From the IMG/VR virus record IMGVR_UViG_3300025131_009739, positions 32,001 to 96,000 of that record: 64,000 bases of DNA, one strand, 5' to 3'. Numbering within the stretch: the first letter of the stretch is position 1; each line of letters opens with the position of its first letter. A model generated the notes under the pieces. It had not been told where the DNA came from. It did no database searches and worked only from the letters and a program-made list of their open reading frames with translations. This DNA is from a virus. The position numbers were made by a program, and so were the translations under genes. This document shows, piece after piece, positions 8,907 through 18,255 of this stretch.

Positions 8907-10895
8907 TTAATCCATTCCATAATATTCAATGATGACAGTTAATGTGCCAGCGGATGAATTAGTTGTGCCGTTTCCTGTACCAGCATTACAAATGTATACA
9001 TACTGATCTGAAGAGCCGTTTCTTACAGTGTCCCTGCATATCCAAACTTCTTTTGGATCATTTTTCAAATCAATATCTTCTGCGCTGGCGCTGTCTGTAC
9101 TATCAGTATTTGTTACTCCGGCGCCTAGTAATTCAGTTCCGGAAGAAATAGAAGAATCCGCGTTGGTTCCAGAAGTTGCAGACATTTGAACATTTACTGC
9201 GTGTGTCGACAGATTGCTTGCAGTTTTTACCACGGCAACAACGCTTGTTATAATAGCGTTCGCTGGAATTTTAACTGCCGGTAGTTCAACAATAACTGTA
9301 TTGTCGCCGCTATCAGCATATCTAATGTCCTGATCGATAGTAATAATATGTTTACCAGAACCAATACTAAATAGACCGCCGGCAGGGGTCATAGCGATGT
9401 CGCCGTCAGGGGAAATTGTTAAGTGGCCGGCGGTTCCGCCGCTATCTTCAGTAAGTATTGTCGTTGCGCCGTTGGCTGTAGTGGCAATTGCAAAGTAGTT
9501 GTCTGTGTTGTCGGCACTCTCAATTACTAGGTCGTACGACGACGCCGCGTCGGGTGTGTTGAGTATCATGCCGATGTTTGTATCAGCGCCCGTAGCGACG
9601 GCGCTGACTCCTATGCAAAAAGACGTGCCATTGGTGTGACCGGTGGCGGTGAATCGTCCGCCCGTACAGATTCCAAACCCGGCGTCTTCGGCATAAGAAA
9701 ATGTAGCAGCTGCGTTGATACCGGACAAGAAGTTAACTCCGTCTGTGGCTGTTGTGTTGTCCACCGAGCAATAGATGCCAGTAGTAAAATTGGGGCCCTC
9801 GCCCATGCCCGGATAGTTCCCGGCCGTAGATGCACCTGTTTTATCAACATCAACATGAAGACCAATTACGTTGGCGAGGTCTGTGTCAGAATAGTTTTTA
9901 TCTATACTCATGCCAGTGGTGCCGCCATCAGACTGAACATGCAAAGCAATCGCGCCTGTTGCAGAGGCATTTTCTTGTACAATTTCAACAGTGTTCCTGG
10001 TGCTAGTATTTGAAGAATCATCCTCAACGTACAAAGCATTTCCAGTTGTTAGGCCGGCAGATGTTATGCTAACCTCACCTCCGGAGGTAATTACCAATGC
10101 AGGCGCTGTGCCTAGAGTGCCGTTGCCATTTTCAATGATAAGTTTATCACCGTCGCTGTCATCGCAGCCAATAGCCCATAAGGTGCCGCCGCCAAGTTGA
10201 AATTCAATTTTTGGATCCCCGTTGGCGGCAGTGTTGTTAATTTTGAGAGCAGTGTTGGCGCCGTCGCCCTTTAATTCAAGACCAACGTTGTGATCATGTG
10301 TCATAGTAATATCTGAGTCGGCGCCAAAATATAATGCAGCCGCGTCGTGACCCAAGCCAACATCTCCTGAAATGCTTCCAAATGAATTGGCGCCGGCGCC
10401 CAAGGACCAATCAATAACTCCGTCATCGCTGTCGCCACGAATTTCAAAGCCAGTTGTAACAGTGCCATCGTATTCAGCAACGCTCATACGGAGCTTGCCT
10501 CTTTCTGTCCCGTTAGAAGCGTCACCAATAAAAGTAGTGATTCTAGCAAACTCTTCTTGCTCTCCAGCATCATTATCGCCATACCAACTTATTGTTCCAA
10601 TATTATCATCGTCTGCGGCTGTTCCAGCTGATCTATCTTTCTTGAGCGTCAGCCAGGCACCGTTAATATCATTGGTGGTGTTCGTTATAGTAACATTTGG
10701 CTTGTTAGCGGTGGCCGATTCGAAAGTGGGCGCCTCGCCTTTTGAAGTAATAGAACCACTAACACCTAAAGTATTACTAAAATGTGCGGCTCCTGCAACT
10801 TCAAGACCTCCTGAGCCAGAAATTACTCCAGCGGTATCGACTGGCTGATCAACTGGGCTGGAATCAAATCCTCCACCTTTTCCAAAACTAGGCAT
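8907..10895 (-). CDS. Fibre-like virion protein (possible head or tail fibre)
   Basis: Gly/Asp/Thr-rich beta-repeat composition; shares modules (FGADSDITxTHDH, DDDxIGTI) with the fibre genes at 19.5-25.5 kb. Confidence 0.6.
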   Translation of the reverse strand: MPSFGKGGGFDSSPVDQPVDTAGVISGSGGLEVAGAAHFSNTLGVSGSITSKGEAPTFESATANKPNVTITNTTNDINGAWLTLKKDRSAGTAADDDNIGTISWYGDNDAGEQEEFARITTFIGDASNGTERGKLRMSVAEYDGTVTTGFEIRGDSDDGVIDWSLGAGANSFGSISGDVGLGHDAAALYFGADSDITMTHDHNVGLELKGDGANTALKINNTAANGDPKIEFQLGGGTLWAIGCDDSDGDKLIIENGNGTLGTAPALVITSGGEVSITSAGLTTGNALYVEDDSSNTSTRNTVEIVQENASATGAIALHVQSDGGTTGMSIDKNYSDTDLANVIGLHVDVDKTGASTAGNYPGMGEGPNFTTGIYCSVDNTTATDGVNFLSGINAAATFSYAEDAGFGICTGGRFTATGHTNGTSFCIGVSAVATGADTNIGMILNTPDAASSYDLVIESADNTDNYFAIATTANGATTILTEDSGGTAGHLTISPDGDIAMTPAGGLFSIGSGKHIITIDQDIRYADSGDNTVIVELPAVKIPANAIITSVVAVVKTASNLSTHAVNVQMSATSGTNADSSISSGTELLGAGVTNTDSTDSASAEDIDLKNDPKEVWICRDTVRNGSSDQYVYICNAGTGNGTTNSSAGTLTVIIEYYGMD

Positions 10896-10915
10896 ATTAG
10901 TACGTTCTCCTCAAT

Positions 10916-11377
10916 CTAAGTTGTCCCATTATCAAGATCAGTTGTAAGGCCAGATCCTGTAAGATCATACATCTCACGTCCTTCAATACCAGTTAACGCT
11001 GCAAATAATTGAAAACCAGACCCAGCATTTAATGCTGTAATATATACTTCTTTACATTTAACAGGAAAGTTCATAGACTCTTCATCGCCATCCAGCTGAA
11101 TATAATGGTGCGCGCTGATCACATTTGCTGAGCCCGGGCCATGGACAAGGCCACCATTTCCAGTTGTTGCAGCGGAACTAGTAGAATTAAAATGTACTCT
11201 TATTTTTGGGGTTGCGCCTGATCCGGATGCAATAACTGTAAAACTATTTGTCACTCTTGGAAATTCAACTTTTACTTCTTGCGCGCCGCCGATATCAGCT
11301 GACCCAGTTATCCATGGTTGGCCAGAAACCATATAAGCAGCTGAATTTCCTAATCCTGATTTATAATTATGTGGCAT
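10916..11377 (-). CDS. Hypothetical virion protein (possible capsid decoration)
   Basis: 153-aa beta-rich ORF in the head module with SD AGGAG; TGS/SGS-rich like other outer virion proteins. Confidence 0.45.
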   Translation of the reverse strand: MPHNYKSGLGNSAAYMVSGQPWITGSADIGGAQEVKVEFPRVTNSFTVIASGSGATPKIRVHFNSTSSAATTGNGGLVHGPGSANVISAHHYIQLDGDEESMNFPVKCKEVYITALNAGSGFQLFAALTGIEGREMYDLTGSGLTTDLDNGTT

Positions 11378-11405
11378 ATTTTTCTCCTACTCACAGCTCT
11401 TTTTA

Positions 11406-11618
11406 TTAATTAGTTTCTTGTTTAGCTTTCAACTTGTCTAAGACAGCTTTTCTTCTCTTTTTAAGCCTTCTCTTAACTTCAGATGGTTTTTCATAATACC
11501 TTCTTTCTCTAGCCTCTTCAATGATTGTTTCTTTCTTTACTTTCTTTGTGAATCTTTTTATTGCTCTCTCAATATTTTCGCCTTTTCGAATAACTGTCTC
11601 TACATTGATTGATTTCAT
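11406..11618 (-). CDS. rpsU: Phage-encoded 30S ribosomal protein bS21
   Basis: GENIERAIKRFTKKVKKETIIEEARERRYYEKPSEVKRR matches the bS21 family pattern; start at ATG 11618 gives 70 aa. Confidence 0.92.
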   Translation of the reverse strand: MKSINVETVIRKGENIERAIKRFTKKVKKETIIEEARERRYYEKPSEVKRRLKKRRKAVLDKLKAKQETN

Positions 11619-11623
11619 ATTTC

Positions 11624-12058
11624 TTATCCTTCTGCCAATGTTTTCCACATATTAGCATTTTTCATAAAGCCTGATATATCGACTCCAGGATCACTTGGGT
11701 CAACACCGGAGAGGGCGGACTGTGGCGAAGTTGTATCTCCTGGAGTTCCAGCGTTTGCTATTGGGGCTGTGCCTTCAAACAAATCAACTCCGTTATAAGA
11801 GCTTTTACCAATAGCATCTAGCATCTTTTTTCTTGTTTCGTTTATCTTTTTAGATTTCTTTTGTTTTTCTTGCAGTTGCATTTTATTAATTTTATCTTCG
11901 TTATCTTGTTTTTGCTCAACAACTAATTGCTGTGTTCCTCCGAGGCCTTTTACAACTTCAGCGATGACACTAGATAAAATACCTTCCTCAAAAAGAGTTT
12001 CCTTTACGCATTCTTTAATAAGTGGTTTTAACACTTTTTTAAGATCTGTCTTTTTCAT
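11624..12058 (-). CDS. Hypothetical protein (candidate internal head/core protein)
   Basis: N-terminal MKKTDLKKVLKPLIKECVKE and C-terminal MWKTLAEG; located in the head module. Confidence 0.6.
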   Translation of the reverse strand: MKKTDLKKVLKPLIKECVKETLFEEGILSSVIAEVVKGLGGTQQLVVEQKQDNEDKINKMQLQEKQKKSKKINETRKKMLDAIGKSSYNGVDLFEGTAPIANAGTPGDTTSPQSALSGVDPSDPGVDISGFMKNANMWKTLAEG

Positions 12059-12061
12059 TAC

Positions 12062-12391
12062 TTAACCTTTTAAAATCCCAGCCATTTTTTTCCAACGTGA
12101 GAAAGTGTCAGACTCTTGAAGTGGAAGCGCTAATTGTTTTGGCTCCCTTGCAGGTTTAGTTGCAGGTGGCTTTTCGGACTTGCCTAATCCTTTGACACCT
12201 CCAGTTACACTTCCAAGTTTGGAAACCCAATGTTTAATTGTGTCCCACGTGCCTTCAGTAACAACGCCTTCATTGAGCTGGTTTTCAAATTTTTTCAAAT
12301 CATGAATCATTCTCTCTAAAAGAAGGTATGTTTCAATTTCTTCTTTAATAACCCGTTTAATTGACTTTTTTGCAACTTTGTCATTCGACAT
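12062..12391 (-). CDS. Hypothetical protein (candidate internal head/core protein)
   Basis: IKRVIKEEIE near the N-terminus; ends RWKKMAGILKG, like the scaffold C-terminus. Confidence 0.6.
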   Translation of the reverse strand: MSNDKVAKKSIKRVIKEEIETYLLLERMIHDLKKFENQLNEGVVTEGTWDTIKHWVSKLGSVTGGVKGLGKSEKPPATKPAREPKQLALPLQESDTFSRWKKMAGILKG

Positions 12392-12392
12392 T

Positions 12393-13004
12393 CTATTTGT
12401 TCCTTAATATATTATTTAATGCACGGTTTATTCGGTCTGCTTTTGTGAATATATCTTTTGTAACATTTTCATGAAGTTGTCTTGGTGTCATATAAGCACC
12501 AGTTGTTGAAGGTTCTGAAACCATATCAAAACAAATCAGTTGAAAATCATCTTCGACCATTGTATTTCCTTCAGATTCGTGAACTGAGCCCATTCCTCTC
12601 GAAGAAATGCCAAGTTTTACTCCAGCATTTACAAGTTCTTTTAATACTTGACCAGAAGGAGTATTAAGAACTTGAATTTTCCCCATTACAGCGCCCTTGT
12701 CCCACCAAATATCAGTTACAAGGTGAGAAGCATTCTTTAAATTAATAACTGAATCATCGGGATGGTCAAGTTCGCCTAATGCTCTTCGTTCTTTTACAAG
12801 TTTTTTATAATTATTCGTTTCTCTCTCAAGAATGGGGCCGGGATAGACGCGCCCATTACCATTTCTGGTATCTGCCCTCTGCATAACACCACTAAGGAAC
12901 ACATGACCTTCTTTAACCATTTTCTTTTCGGCTTCAGTTAGGAAATCTTGACAAACGCCGCCTTCACAAAGTTCATAGTATTCTCTTAATAGCAATTTTG
13001 ACAT
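12393..13004 (-). CDS. gp21: Prohead core protease (T4 gp21-like)
   Basis: NGNGRVYP, ALGELDHP, SHLV, GISSRGMGS, FDMVSEPST motifs; start placed at MSKLLL (13004). Confidence 0.95.
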   Translation of the reverse strand: MSKLLLREYYELCEGGVCQDFLTEAEKKMVKEGHVFLSGVMQRADTRNGNGRVYPGPILERETNNYKKLVKERRALGELDHPDDSVINLKNASHLVTDIWWDKGAVMGKIQVLNTPSGQVLKELVNAGVKLGISSRGMGSVHESEGNTMVEDDFQLICFDMVSEPSTTGAYMTPRQLHENVTKDIFTKADRINRALNNILRNK

Positions 13005-13006
13005 AG

Positions 13007-13078
13007 TCACGATCCTTTGCAGCACCTTCTCACTGGCTGCAGCATCCATTTATTATCTGTCCAAATGTTTAAATTCAT
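13007..13078 (-). CDS. Small unannotated 23-aa ORF MNLNIWTDNKWMLQPVRRCCKGS
   Basis: Read manually; GGAG 6 nt upstream of the ATG; TGA ends 2 nt before the protease ATG. Confidence 0.5.
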   Translation of the reverse strand: MNLNIWTDNKWMLQPVRRCCKGS

Positions 13079-13349
13079 GTTTAACTCCGTTGTCTCCAAA
13101 TAGTGTACATAAGATATAAGATGTTCCAGAACTCAAACATCCTAATAGAAAATAATTAACAATATTATTATCAAATATAAATAGTTCTGTATACCTGTTT
13201 ATGCCTACTAAAAATACACCAACCCAGAATCCCACACACATGGGACAATGGAAGAAATGATGTTCTGGTCTTATTTTATCGAATACTGAACCATACACCA
13301 AAATTTGCGTTAAACCGTAAGCACAAAGAATAAAATATATTAGCCCCAT
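13053..13349 (-). CDS. Small membrane protein, DUF1360-like
   Basis: Three hydrophobic segments with HCPMCVGFWVG motif. Confidence 0.6.
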   Translation of the reverse strand: MGLIYFILCAYGLTQILVYGSVFDKIRPEHHFFHCPMCVGFWVGVFLVGINRYTELFIFDNNIVNYFLLGCLSSGTSYILCTLFGDNGVKHEFKHLDR

Positions 13350-13350
13350 T

Positions 13351-13899
13351 TTAATACCTGTAAAATGATGTCATACCATAAGGACCGCGAATATATCCCG
13401 GGATAAGAGATCCTTTTCTTTCTTCATGCGGGACTTCTCCAAGTTCTGTTGAATCTTCTGAGCTTGGATCTGTCAATTGTTCTATTTCGTCCTCTTCATC
13501 ATATCCATATATGGCATAAAATTCTTTTTCTTCTTTTAAGTATTCCCATATATTATACAATGCGGAGTCTATAGCGCTTATCTCTTCATTTATCGATACA
13601 GCAAGTTTAGCTTCTAACGACCCATAAATATTACCACCTTGAATATTTGCAAGTTCTACGACACCTCTCTTTCTTAAGAAAGAAAACAATCTTTCTTGGG
13701 CTTCATATACTTGATCTGAAAAATTCTTTTTAGCCAATGCTAAAACCTTTTGAGTTGCTGGTATTATAACAATATCTATTTCTTTATGATCAAAAATCAT
13801 TACGTTGCCATCAAGACTTTTTCTAGCATTTAAACTAATAGTTTCCTGAACGGGCTCCATGTTGGCGGCCAATTTATTTATTGTAATATTAATAGCCAT
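13351..13899 (-). CDS. Hypothetical protein
   Basis: 182-aa ORF tightly packed in the head operon. Confidence 0.7.
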   Translation of the reverse strand: MAINITINKLAANMEPVQETISLNARKSLDGNVMIFDHKEIDIVIIPATQKVLALAKKNFSDQVYEAQERLFSFLRKRGVVELANIQGGNIYGSLEAKLAVSINEEISAIDSALYNIWEYLKEEKEFYAIYGYDEEDEIEQLTDPSSEDSTELGEVPHEERKGSLIPGYIRGPYGMTSFYRY

Positions 13900-13901
13900 T
13901 A

Positions 13902-14723
13902 TTAACTTTTAATCTCTTTTACTAAATCTTGAATTTTCAAAACTTTATTTATTAAAGCTTTATCAATTTTTTCTTTTTTAAAGTTTTCTAGAATACTCAT
14001 AACTTCTTTTGTTTTTGTCAACATGTCTAAATCATCTTGAACTTCTTTCATGTCCAAAGCACTTGAAATGTTTTCTTTGAGTCTGGTTATTTCTTCATTT
14101 AAATAAACTTTTAATTCTATACCATTATCTAAAAAAGAAGTGATGTATTTATTTAAAAGTGTTTTCTGTTCTTCTAGCAATTTTTCTGAATATTTGCCAT
14201 TAAATCTCTTAACAAAAGACTTATAGACCAAATTACCCATAGTTTTCATATTTGTATCTTCTTTCTTGTTTCCATAAGTTAGTCTTCCAAATATATTTTG
14301 CTCAAGCAAAATTTTCTTCTTAATTGAATTAATATTGAAAACTTGATAAATCGTTGCTAAATCTTTATAGTTTGGTACGAAGTTTGAAAAGATTGATTTT
14401 GATACTATTTTATTAATTTTGTTAATTAATTTAGTTTGTTCAGCAAACAATCTTTTTTTATCAATGGTAGAATGCTCTTTCTTAACTTCAAAAATTAATT
14501 TTTCTGCCATGTTTGGAGACAGACCATATGTCTCATTTAAAGTACTATAAAGTTTTAATTCACGATAAAGAAGAGTGTCTTCGTTAAAATGTTCTTTGAT
14601 AACTAAGATGATCTGATCTTTGTTTTTGTCATCTTTATTAATAATCGACTTTGTTAGTTCTCTTATCAAAGATTCATAAAGAAAAGCAGTATTACGCTTC
14701 TTGTTGTGTTTTAGTTTCATCAT
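13902..14723 (-). CDS. Hypothetical helical protein downstream of the portal
   Basis: 273-aa Lys/Leu/Ile-rich ORF starting MKLKHNKKRNT, overlapping the portal 3' end. Confidence 0.7.
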   Translation of the reverse strand: MMKLKHNKKRNTAFLYESLIRELTKSIINKDDKNKDQIILVIKEHFNEDTLLYRELKLYSTLNETYGLSPNMAEKLIFEVKKEHSTIDKKRLFAEQTKLINKINKIVSKSIFSNFVPNYKDLATIYQVFNINSIKKKILLEQNIFGRLTYGNKKEDTNMKTMGNLVYKSFVKRFNGKYSEKLLEEQKTLLNKYITSFLDNGIELKVYLNEEITRLKENISSALDMKEVQDDLDMLTKTKEVMSILENFKKEKIDKALINKVLKIQDLVKEIKS

Positions 14724-16662
14724 CCTTTAACTCCAATTCTGCAATCAAATTTCGAACCTGATGGTTGACTTCAAATAGTTTCACTTCCTCATTATAAGTA
14801 GTATCTTTTTCTTCAGTTAGCCCTCTTCCCAGCGTTAATAAGTCTGAGGCCCCGGGGTATATATTTCTCTTTGTATTTTTGCCTGTTTCATAAGCAAATT
14901 GAGATCTCATGTTGCTTCTTCTAGCTGCTCTTTTTCTCCCGTCATCCGTTACGGGTTTATACCACTTTCCTTTTGATTTAGAAGTTGTAGTTTTACCATC
15001 TTTCCTTCTTTTTGCCTTATACCAATCTTCATCACGTTTAGCCGGAGGGGTCAAAAGAGCTGTTTCGGCTTCTTCGGCCGGGGCCGCTTCTCCCCCAAGT
15101 TCTTCACCACCTAATTCCTCACCACCTAATTCCTCACCTCCGAGTTCTCCTCCAAGCTCTCCTCCAAGTTCTCCTCCAAGCTCTGCGCCGCCTAGGCCAG
15201 CTTCGTCTCCAGCAGCTTCTTCCCCGACGCCTTCGAGTGAAGCTTCAAACTTGCGATCATAAAATAGCTCTCGTTGATTCCTCTGGAACTCTTCGTCAGA
15301 AAGATTAAATACATTCTTAGCGACCCAGCGCTTGCTAAAAAATCCTTCTGTAGCAGAATTAGCTGTATCAAACTTTGTTTTCCAGTTCTCAAGCTCTTGA
15401 AGTTCAGCAATTTTAGACGGATTATTCAGACTTAACTTGAAAGAAACCAAATCTTCATTTCTAAAACCTAAAGTAAACAAATGAACAATGCCAATTTTTT
15501 CTAACTCTGAAACGATTGACCTTTGAAGTCTTTGGATTGTCCTTGCAAAACGAATATCTTTTTGGGCAAGAGTTGTTTTGTCTTCCTCCGCTCCTTCTCC
15601 TCTGAAAAGATAAGCCTGCGGGATCTTAAGTGCTGCAAATAATTTATCTTTTAAATATTTGACATCATCAATGTCTCCGGTATAAGAGCCGCCTGCGACT
15701 GTTTCAATCTTTGTTCCCGTTTCACCTCCTCGAACAGGGATAAAATAGTCTTCTTCTATGCTCAAAGGATTATAACGTAAATCAACACGACCAGTACTAG
15801 AATCAACAACTTGGTTACGCTTCATTTGCGTCATGGCCTTTTGCATGAACTGTTCGACATCTTGTGCTGGAATGCTCCCAACATCAATATAAAAAGCTCT
15901 TCTTTCCGGGGCCCTAACAATTCTATATGCCATCATAGCATCTTCCAAAAGAATTAACTGGCGCCAAATTCTTCTTGCCGGCTCCAAAACGCTTGTACCA
16001 TAAGGAGCATACTTATCATTTCCAAGTACACGAAAATGAGCAACTTGCCAATTTTCTAAAGTTAATCCTGCAGAGTTCCATTGATATTGAATATAATTTG
16101 GATTCTCGGGATCTAATCCTTCTAGTCTTTCAACTTCGGAATTGGGGATTCCAATTGCATTTCTAACTCCAAGCTCTTCATCGATATCTATATACAATAT
16201 ATAGTCACCGAACTTACACATTGTTCTGGCCCAGCCAAAAAGATTAAATTCAAGATTAAGAGTTTTGCGATAAAGGCTATCAAGAATATTTTTTATTTCT
16301 TCATTTGGACACCGTATTGTTAAAAGTGATTGTAGTTCGCTCGAAGTTGTCATTTCGTCAGCATACACATCCATAGCAGAAGCTATAATTGGTTCATATT
16401 CCATTTGTTCAAAATCTGCATATCTTTCAATGCGATTTTGATTTGCCATTATGTTAGCGGTAAGATTTTCAAACGGATCATATGATGTCTTTTTGAACTG
16501 TTTGCCGGCGGCCGATTGAAATTTGTATTTATCTAAATTTCTTCTCTTGTCCTTTTTTGGGGATTCCCTACGATAATTAATAATAGGGCCTGATAACAAC
16601 CTTGTTAGTCTTTTAAATAATCCTGATTCTGGATTTCTTGGATTGTTTGTTTTTTTAGCCAT
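14692..16662 (-). CDS. gp20: Portal protein (T4 gp20-like)
   Basis: LLEDAMMAYRIVRAPERRAFYIDVG, EDYFIPVRG, IDDVKYL..KLFAALKIP, DIRFARTIQRLQ; adjacent to TerL. Confidence 0.96.
   Translation of the reverse strand: MAKKTNNPRNPESGLFKRLTRLLSGPIINYRRESPKKDKRRNLDKYKFQSAAGKQFKKTSYDPFENLTANIMANQNRIERYADFEQMEYEPIIASAMDVYADEMTTSSELQSLLTIRCPNEEIKNILDSLYRKTLNLEFNLFGWARTMCKFGDYILYIDIDEELGVRNAIGIPNSEVERLEGLDPENPNYIQYQWNSAGLTLENWQVAHFRVLGNDKYAPYGTSVLEPARRIWRQLILLEDAMMAYRIVRAPERRAFYIDVGSIPAQDVEQFMQKAMTQMKRNQVVDSSTGRVDLRYNPLSIEEDYFIPVRGGETGTKIETVAGGSYTGDIDDVKYLKDKLFAALKIPQAYLFRGEGAEEDKTTLAQKDIRFARTIQRLQRSIVSELEKIGIVHLFTLGFRNEDLVSFKLSLNNPSKIAELQELENWKTKFDTANSATEGFFSKRWVAKNVFNLSDEEFQRNQRELFYDRKFEASLEGVGEEAAGDEAGLGGAELGGELGGELGGELGGEELGGEELGGEELGGEAAPAEEAETALLTPPAKRDEDWYKAKRRKDGKTTTSKSKGKWYKPVTDDGRKRAARRSNMRSQFAYETGKNTKRNIYPGASDLLTLGRGLTEEKDTTYNEEVKLFEVNHQVRNLIAELELKDDETKTQQEA
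15085..15200 (-). repeat. Tandem GG(E)ELG repeats in the portal C-terminal extension
   Basis: Protein GLGGAELGGELGGELGGELGGEELGGEELGGEELGGE; 12- and 15-bp imperfect DNA repeats. Confidence 0.85.
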
Positions 16663-16670
16663 ACTCTTGT

Positions 16671-18245
16671 TTATCCTTTAAGAAGCCATAAGAATTCTTT
16701 ATTCTTATTTTTTTCATCTGTAGTTCTTATTGGTTTGTGTCCTTGCATTCCTGGAATAGTTGTGTTTATAACACTATCAGACTTGAACATTGCGCTTAAA
16801 CATGCCTTTTGATAGTCTATTTTCTTTTGATTCTCCACAAATACAGTATCTTTAATCCAACAACCCATCGCAAAAGACATAACTAAATCATCATTTCCAG
16901 CTCTCATAGCTTGTGCCTTTCCGTTGTTCCAAATAAAAGTCTTGAATTCATTATAAAGTCTAGACGAATACGTTATAATTAGCTTGTTCCTCACAAATTC
17001 CTCCATTTTTGCAACAATGATTGGTCTTGTTTTTAAAGAGGTGGTAAATCCTGCAACACTATTCGATCTATATTCTGCAGTTAACTGATCAACATATTCA
17101 TGAGTAGATTTAATTGAGTAATAAATGTTTGGATAATCTATATCCTTGAGTTTATCTAAGACAGCGAAACCAACTGAGTTGTTTTCAACCACCAACAAGC
17201 AAGATCCATATTCTTTTCCTGCATCAGAGAGTATATTTGCGAATATATCCGGAGCTACTTTTCCTTGATATTCTGCGACCACTTCAGATGTTTCTAATTT
17301 GAAAACATGAAAAACTGAATAATCCTGGCCATCGCCGCGTGCGACATCGGCTGCTAGCATATATGTGTTTTCTGGCTTGTATTCTTCCCAGATCCAAAAA
17401 TTTCTATCAAAACCAGTTCTATATTTTGGCTCTTTAATATTCTGTTCAATATATTTTATGTCATCCGGGTGCAAAACAGTTTCGCCAGAAGTGTTAAAGT
17501 TGCATTCCAGCTCTTGTGCGATCTGTCTAATTGACATATTTTTGGTTTCTTTATCGAACCAACCTTGATCTCGATCAGGGTGTTCGTCCCACATTAATTT
17601 TATTGGATGAAAATCATTTCTTCTTGCCTCGGCATCAATATATGTTTTATAGAACCATCCTCCAACGCCATTTGGAGTGCTTAGCGAAATACAACGACCA
17701 CCAGTTGAAATCGTAGGATAAAGCCCCGTCCATAACTCTTCAAGGCCGTCGACATGGGCGGCTTCATCGATAACTAACAAAGATAGTGCTTCTGAACGGC
17801 CGGCATCCCCAGAAGTTGACGAAGCCTTGATCTGTGATCCGTTACATAATTCGAAGCTTGTTCTATTATCGACAACAACTTTAGTTATTTGCATCCAAAT
17901 TGGAAGACGTTTAATAATAGATTTGACTTTTTTTACAAGATTCCCTGCCGTGCTAAACTTTGTAGCCATGACAAGAATATTTTTGTCACGATGAAACATC
18001 ATCATCCAAACAACATATGCTGCTGTAATTGTGGATATACCAAGTTGGCGTGCTTTTAAAATAACATTAAAACGATAATCATTAAAATCATTAATAAGAT
18101 CTTTCTGATAATGATATAACTTAAAAGGAATCAACCCTTTCATTGGGTGAGAAATCTTACAATAGTTGTTTATAAAATAAACTGGATCCTTACCACTTTT
18201 AAGGACCTCTTTTGTGACTTCTTTTTTTGTTAACTGATAAGACAT
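16671..18245 (-). CDS. terL: Terminase large subunit (T4 gp17-like)
   Basis: YQ motif, KARQLGIST Walker A variant, LLVIDEAA Walker B, STPNG motif III, nuclease AADVARG.GQDYS and NDDLVMS. Confidence 0.96.
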   Translation of the reverse strand: MSYQLTKKEVTKEVLKSGKDPVYFINNYCKISHPMKGLIPFKLYHYQKDLINDFNDYRFNVILKARQLGISTITAAYVVWMMMFHRDKNILVMATKFSTAGNLVKKVKSIIKRLPIWMQITKVVVDNRTSFELCNGSQIKASSTSGDAGRSEALSLLVIDEAAHVDGLEELWTGLYPTISTGGRCISLSTPNGVGGWFYKTYIDAEARRNDFHPIKLMWDEHPDRDQGWFDKETKNMSIRQIAQELECNFNTSGETVLHPDDIKYIEQNIKEPKYRTGFDRNFWIWEEYKPENTYMLAADVARGDGQDYSVFHVFKLETSEVVAEYQGKVAPDIFANILSDAGKEYGSCLLVVENNSVGFAVLDKLKDIDYPNIYYSIKSTHEYVDQLTAEYRSNSVAGFTTSLKTRPIIVAKMEEFVRNKLIITYSSRLYNEFKTFIWNNGKAQAMRAGNDDLVMSFAMGCWIKDTVFVENQKKIDYQKACLSAMFKSDSVINTTIPGMQGHKPIRTTDEKNKNKEFLWLLKG

Positions 18246-18255
18246 TCATCCCTTA

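Noticed and set aside
16671-18245. Intein or intron in the terminase, portal or primase
   Set aside because: Lengths are normal and motifs are contiguous; no intein termini or homing endonuclease motifs seen
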